Shown: positions 58,041 through 62,330 of the stretch, one piece after another
Position numbering within the stretch: the first letter of the stretch is position 1
Layout: the number at the start of each line of letters is the position of its first letter
Source of the DNA: an uncultured virus (IMG/VR IMGVR_UViG_2522125086_000002)
Taxonomy: Duplodnaviria > Heunggongvirae > Uroviricota > Caudoviricetes
Length of the DNA: 62,330 nt
Strand: one strand, 5' to 3'
IMG/VR virus record: IMGVR_UViG_2522125086_000002
The notes under the pieces: model-generated
What the model saw: only the letters and a program-made list of their open reading frames with translations
Database searches by the model: none
What the model was told of the DNA's origin: nothing
Program-made: the position numbers and the translations under genes

Positions 58041-60509
58041 ATGACAGCACAGTTTAAATGGGTGGAGTTTTATACAGAATTTGCTACAAAGCTATTGGTA
58101 TACAAAAACGACAGAACATCCTTAATAGAACTTCTTCAAAAAGTATATTCGTGCATTGGTATGAAACTTCCCACGTTAGATAGTTATCCTGTACCACATG
58201 ACATAGATCCTTTTACAATATTTGGGTTATTTAATAAGGGGATCACTGATGCTAACCGAATTAGCATACTGAATGGAATCAAGAGTGTGTTTGAAATATC
58301 AGCTGACATACCTAATGATTTTTCAGGCATTCCTGTATTGAATAATATGATGGCTACTTTTTATGCTTTTGAAGGTGATAATCGTCGCAAGAGTGATGAT
58401 ATTAACAACCTATGGGGAATTTTTGAATGCGCGATCAGACTAGCCGAAAATGATTCTGAACAAAATAGAGTAGCATTTTCATCTGCATATAATAAAGTGA
58501 AGCTACAGTTTGCAGTTCGCTGGAATTTAACAATGGGGTTGTATTGGATTCGTCCCTATAATTTCATTAATCTTGATGCGAGAAATAGGGAGTTTATGAG
58601 TAACCCAGATAATACATCTCTCAGCGTTGCAGAAGAAGTACAAGCACTTAAATCAGTACCTTCTGCAGAGAAGTATCTTGATATTTGTGATAAATGTTTG
58701 TTGGCTATTAGATCTGGAAAATATGGGTATTCTTCATTTCCTGAACTTTCTTACAAAGCGTGGGGCGTTTCTGTTGAAAATAGTCTGGTTAAATCAGGAA
58801 GGTCAAATGCTGCCTTCTTAAGATGGTTTGGACCAGTTATTCAGGCTTTGCGTGATTTAGGTGGTTCTGCTACTCCTGTAGACGCTAGAAAGAAAATTAT
58901 TGAAAACGAAAACCTTTCAGATGATGAGGTAAATGCTACTAGAGGAAAGACGCACGTCAATAAATTTGAGAATGAAGTAGGTTTTGCCAAAAGCTATCTG
59001 GTTAAAGCAGGGTATATCGATAATAAGGTATATGGCATATGGACGTTGACGGATAAAGGTCAGAATGTTGAGATCACAGATGAACTTGCATCCGAAATAT
59101 TTAAGAATGGGGTGGCAGATAAAGAACCTTTTGGCAGTGGCGATGGTGATGCCGATAGAGGTATAAAAACAACACATTATTGGTTATATTCTCCTGGAGA
59201 AGGGGCCGAAATTTGGAAAGATTGTTGTGATAATGGAATAATGGCCATCGGTTGGGATGAAATTGGAGATTTGAATCAATATAAGTCTAAGGCTGAAATG
59301 AAGGAGGCAATGAAGGAGTTTATAGATTCTAAGAAACCTTTTACTATGGCGGCTCACGCAACTTGGCAGTTTGTAAATGATATGAAACCTGGGGATGTTG
59401 TTTTTGCCAAAAAAGGAAGAAGCACTGTCATAGGCCGCGGTATTGTTCTTTCTGATTATGAGTTTGATGATTCTCGTAATTACACTAAAAATGTGCGTAC
59501 TGTAAATTGGACTCACAAAGGGGAATGGCCACATCCAGGACAGGCAGCAATGAAAACTCTTACTGATATTACCGCATATACTGATTATGTTGAAGAGTTG
59601 AAAGCTCTGTTTGAGGATGATGAAATTGATCCTGATGAGGAGACTTCTGTGGTTAGACCTGCCTACGGCAAGGATGATTTTATCAATGAAGTTTATATTG
59701 ATGAAGCAAGCTACGACACGTTGGTTGGACTTGTCCTTAACAAGAAAAATGTAATACTTCAAGGAGCTCCAGGTGTAGGGAAAACTTTTATAGCTAAGCG
59801 GTTAGCTTATTCTATAATGGGAGAGAAGGAGCCAAATCGCGTCATGATGGTGCAGTTCCATCAAAGCTATTCATATGAAGATTTCATCATGGGATTTCGA
59901 CCTTCAGAGAAAGGTTTTGAACTTAAAAAAGGAACATTTTACAATTTTTGCAAAAAAGCAGAGATTGATAGTGATAACAAATACTTCTTCATAATTGATG
60001 AAATCAATCGCGGTAATTTAAGTAAGATTTTTGGGGAGCTGTTTATGCTCATCGAGAATGATAAGCGTGGTGTTGAGATTCAACTCCTTTATTCGGATGA
60101 GAAGTTCTTGGTGCCCAAAAATGTTTATATTATTGGTATGATGAATACTGCGGATAGAAGTTTGGCAATGCTAGATTATGCACTGCGTCGTAGATTTGCT
60201 TTCTACGAGATAAAACCCGGTTTTAGCACAGATGGTTTTCGGAAGTATTGTAGTTGTTTGTCTAATGCAAAGTTCGATAAATTAATTCAGTGCGTCAAAG
60301 ATTTAAACGAGTCTATTTCAATGGATGAGTCTCTAGGTGAAGGTTTCTGTATAGGACATAGCTATTTTTGTAATCTAAAAGAGATTAGAGAACAAACTTT
60401 GTCCGAGATTGTTGAATTTGAACTCATTCCATTACTAAAGGAGTATTGGTTCGATGATTCTGTCAAAGTGAAAACATGGGCTGAAAACTTGAGGAATGCA
60501 ATAAAGTGA
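58041..60509 (+). CDS. mcrB: McrB-family AAA+ GTPase with Mrr_N-like winged helix and EVE/PUA-like reader domains
   Basis: GAPGVGKT, FHQSYSYEDF, IDEINRG, MNTADRS, ALRRRF; ALRDLGGSA...GIWTLTDKG; HYWLYSPG...MKPGDVVF. Confidence 0.9.
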   Translation: MTAQFKWVEFYTEFATKLLVYKNDRTSLIELLQKVYSCIGMKLPTLDSYPVPHDIDPFTIFGLFNKGITDANRISILNGIKSVFEISADIPNDFSGIPVLNNMMATFYAFEGDNRRKSDDINNLWGIFECAIRLAENDSEQNRVAFSSAYNKVKLQFAVRWNLTMGLYWIRPYNFINLDARNREFMSNPDNTSLSVAEEVQALKSVPSAEKYLDICDKCLLAIRSGKYGYSSFPELSYKAWGVSVENSLVKSGRSNAAFLRWFGPVIQALRDLGGSATPVDARKKIIENENLSDDEVNATRGKTHVNKFENEVGFAKSYLVKAGYIDNKVYGIWTLTDKGQNVEITDELASEIFKNGVADKEPFGSGDGDADRGIKTTHYWLYSPGEGAEIWKDCCDNGIMAIGWDEIGDLNQYKSKAEMKEAMKEFIDSKKPFTMAAHATWQFVNDMKPGDVVFAKKGRSTVIGRGIVLSDYEFDDSRNYTKNVRTVNWTHKGEWPHPGQAAMKTLTDITAYTDYVEELKALFEDDEIDPDEETSVVRPAYGKDDFINEVYIDEASYDTLVGLVLNKKNVILQGAPGVGKTFIAKRLAYSIMGEKEPNRVMMVQFHQSYSYEDFIMGFRPSEKGFELKKGTFYNFCKKAEIDSDNKYFFIIDEINRGNLSKIFGELFMLIENDKRGVEIQLLYSDEKFLVPKNVYIIGMMNTADRSLAMLDYALRRRFAFYEIKPGFSTDGFRKYCSCLSNAKFDKLIQCVKDLNESISMDESLGEGFCIGHSYFCNLKEIREQTLSEIVEFELIPLLKEYWFDDSVKVKTWAENLRNAIK

Positions 60510-61558
60510 TCCGCATACAGAACATTTATTACATGCTGGCCTATGCGTTTCAAGTGTTGAATGAACAAGGGTACAAGAAAATTGCTACACAGAATTTTGA
60601 AAATGCTACAGAACTTTGTGCAGCAATTCTTGCCCAAGGTCTCAGTTCTCAGATAAAACGAGGTCTTGGTAAAGAATACATACCTCATACAGAGGAGTTG
60701 TCATTTATCCGAGGGAAAATTGATATCGCCGAAACCATTAAAACGATGGCGCTTCAACGTAAGCATATAGTATGTTCTTACGATGAATTCTCTGTTAATT
60801 CGTATATGAATAGGATCATCAAGTCTACTGTTTTGATTCTGCTCCGTGCTGATATAACAAAAGCACGTAAAAAGGAATTACGAAAGTTGATGGTGTATTT
60901 CGGAGATGTGGAGGTCATAGACTTACACTCGGTTGATTGGAATGTGCATTATAATCGCAATAATCAGACCTACCGGATGTTGATATCCATATGTTATCTT
61001 ATCGTAAAGGGACTATTACAAACTCAAAAAGATGGCTCGGAAAAGCTTATGGATTTTATAGATGAACAACGGATGCATCGGCTTTATGAGAAGTTTATTT
61101 TGGAATATTACCGTAAGAAATATCCACAGTTATCAGCTAACGCCTCACAAATTCCGTGGCAGCTAGATGATGGCATATGTGCAATGTTACCGATTATGCA
61201 GACCGATATAATGCTTTCTTACAAAGAAAAAACGTTAATCATAGATGCGAAATATTATGCGCATTCAACTCAAGTTCAGTATGACAAGCATACGCTCCAT
61301 TCAGGAAATTTGTACCAAATTTTTACATACGTGAAAAATAAGGCTACTGAGCTAAATAAGGCTACAGAGCCAGAGGGACAAGTACACAAAGTGTCAGGAA
61401 TGCTTTTATATGCTAAGACCGATGAAGAAATTTATCCTGATAATGAGTATCGTATGAGTGGAAATAAGATCAGTGTTCGAACGCTCGATCTGAACTGTGA
61501 TTTTTCAGAAATAGCCACACAACTGAATAAAATAGTAACTGATCATTTTAATCTATAA
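60506..61558 (+). CDS. mcrC: McrC restriction nuclease subunit
   Basis: IQNIYYMLAYA, LYEKFI, TDIML...IIDAKYY, NLYQIFTY, GMLLYA. Confidence 0.9.
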   Translation: MIRIQNIYYMLAYAFQVLNEQGYKKIATQNFENATELCAAILAQGLSSQIKRGLGKEYIPHTEELSFIRGKIDIAETIKTMALQRKHIVCSYDEFSVNSYMNRIIKSTVLILLRADITKARKKELRKLMVYFGDVEVIDLHSVDWNVHYNRNNQTYRMLISICYLIVKGLLQTQKDGSEKLMDFIDEQRMHRLYEKFILEYYRKKYPQLSANASQIPWQLDDGICAMLPIMQTDIMLSYKEKTLIIDAKYYAHSTQVQYDKHTLHSGNLYQIFTYVKNKATELNKATEPEGQVHKVSGMLLYAKTDEEIYPDNEYRMSGNKISVRTLDLNCDFSEIATQLNKIVTDHFNL

Positions 61559-61848
61559 GAATTGTTGTTCTTCATGTTTTTGTATGGAAGATGGCAGAGA
61601 TACGGTATATCGAACAAGCATTGAAAAATAGGTGAAGAAAGAACATTTAAGCAGTTCCATACATATTTAAATTTTTTCTTTATTTTTCAATTATTTAGAT
61701 GGTGTGGGGCATATAATTGAACCGTGGAGAAAAAGTAACACGACTGTAAGTTATTTGTCTTGTATTTTGGCTGCGGTCGAATTTATTTTGTTTCTGCAAT
61801 CCCTTATATATCAACGTTTTACACCAGTTTTTACTACATTTTAGGTTC

Positions 61849-61874
61849 GTATCAAAAACCACGTAGGATTAGAA
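61849..61874. other. Right att junction (element arm plus intron half)
   Basis: GTATCAAAAACCACGTAGGATTA then GAA, then intron sequence TTGCAAGG. Confidence 0.75.
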
Positions 61875-62330
61875 TTGCAAGGTGGTTACAGTAATGTAAT
61901 AGCTGAAAGAAGCAATAGTGAAATCCCGAACTGACGTACAGGAATCACTTCAGGCAGGCAGAGTGGATAAGAGTGCAAAATAACTCGAAGTCCGATAGCC
62001 AGACGGAAACTCTGAATGTAAAGGTGGCAGTGGTGGGAGGAAAGATGTAGGGCTTACCCGAGGAGATCCTGTCAGCTCATTAATGGGTAGTAACAACGAA
62101 TGGCAGGAAGTCAGCAGAGGCCGTAGTAGCGAGGAGTATGCGTGTGAAGGGCCGAACAAAACGAGTGTGAAAATTTAAGGAACGCAGCCAGAGTCCAGAA
62201 AACAAGGCATAAGACATAAGCGACGGCCGGCCTGCAGGGAAAGATAGCACGGAATGTGAAGGATACCTCAGGGGTGAGATGATGACGGTGAGCGATATAG
62301 AGATATGAGTAGCATAAACTTCGAACCGAT
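61872..62330 (+). ncRNA. Group IIC intron, continuation (rest of domain I, domains II-III, start of IV); runs off the window
   Basis: GCAAGG...CTGAAAGAAGC; GGAAAGATGTAGGGCTTACCCGAGGAGATC (end of DI); AAGTCAGCAGAGGCCGTAGTA...GAAGGGCCGAAC (DIII). Confidence 0.85.
62305..62330 (+). CDS. Possible start of the intron-encoded reverse transcriptase/maturase (truncated by the window edge)
   Basis: ATG (MSSINFEP...) at the expected position in domain IV; no RT motif is visible within the window. Confidence 0.3.

Larger units (their letters stand above)
4499..61874. mobile_element. Serine-recombinase prophage (~57.4 kb), probably defective, integrated in a group IIC intron
   Basis: Ordered phage modules; GAA shared at 4499-4501 and 61872-61874; the ends form an imperfect inverted repeat; intron sequence is continuous across the junctions. 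Confidence 0.85.

Noticed and set aside
61950..62159. 69-aa minus-strand ORF
   Set aside because: It is the antisense of conserved group II intron RNA domains

Overview
Most of the window (about 4499-61874, ~57.4 kb) is one prophage-like element integrated by large serine recombinases. It appears to sit inside domain I of a group IIC self-splicing intron. The intron 5' end (GTGTG at 4430, right after a rho-independent terminator) breaks off at 4501 and resumes at 61872. Both junctions share GAA, and the two element ends rejoin into an attP-like site symmetric about a GA dinucleotide. The element has Bacillota-type replication genes (PolA, DUF2815 SSB, DUF2800 nuclease, P4-type primase, SNF2 helicase), HK97-type head genes, holin/amidase and twin recombinases, joined to a lambda/T1-like tail. 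The distal tail protein carries a CBM26-like starch-binding domain, and a GT8 glycosyltransferase sits where a tail fibre gene would be. Virion assembly looks damaged: the tape-measure gene has an in-frame TAA, and an apparent deletion fuses the late regulator to the ParB-methyltransferase, with no small terminase or HNH gene. The AT-rich defence cargo is intact: type I R-M with an invertible four-TRD hsdS locus, McrBC, an RloC-like ABC-ATPase/HEPN protein, DUF2971 and others. The left host flank encodes a split polynucleotide kinase plus phosphatase/RNA ligase repair pair. All family assignments come from motif recognition by eye, not database searches.
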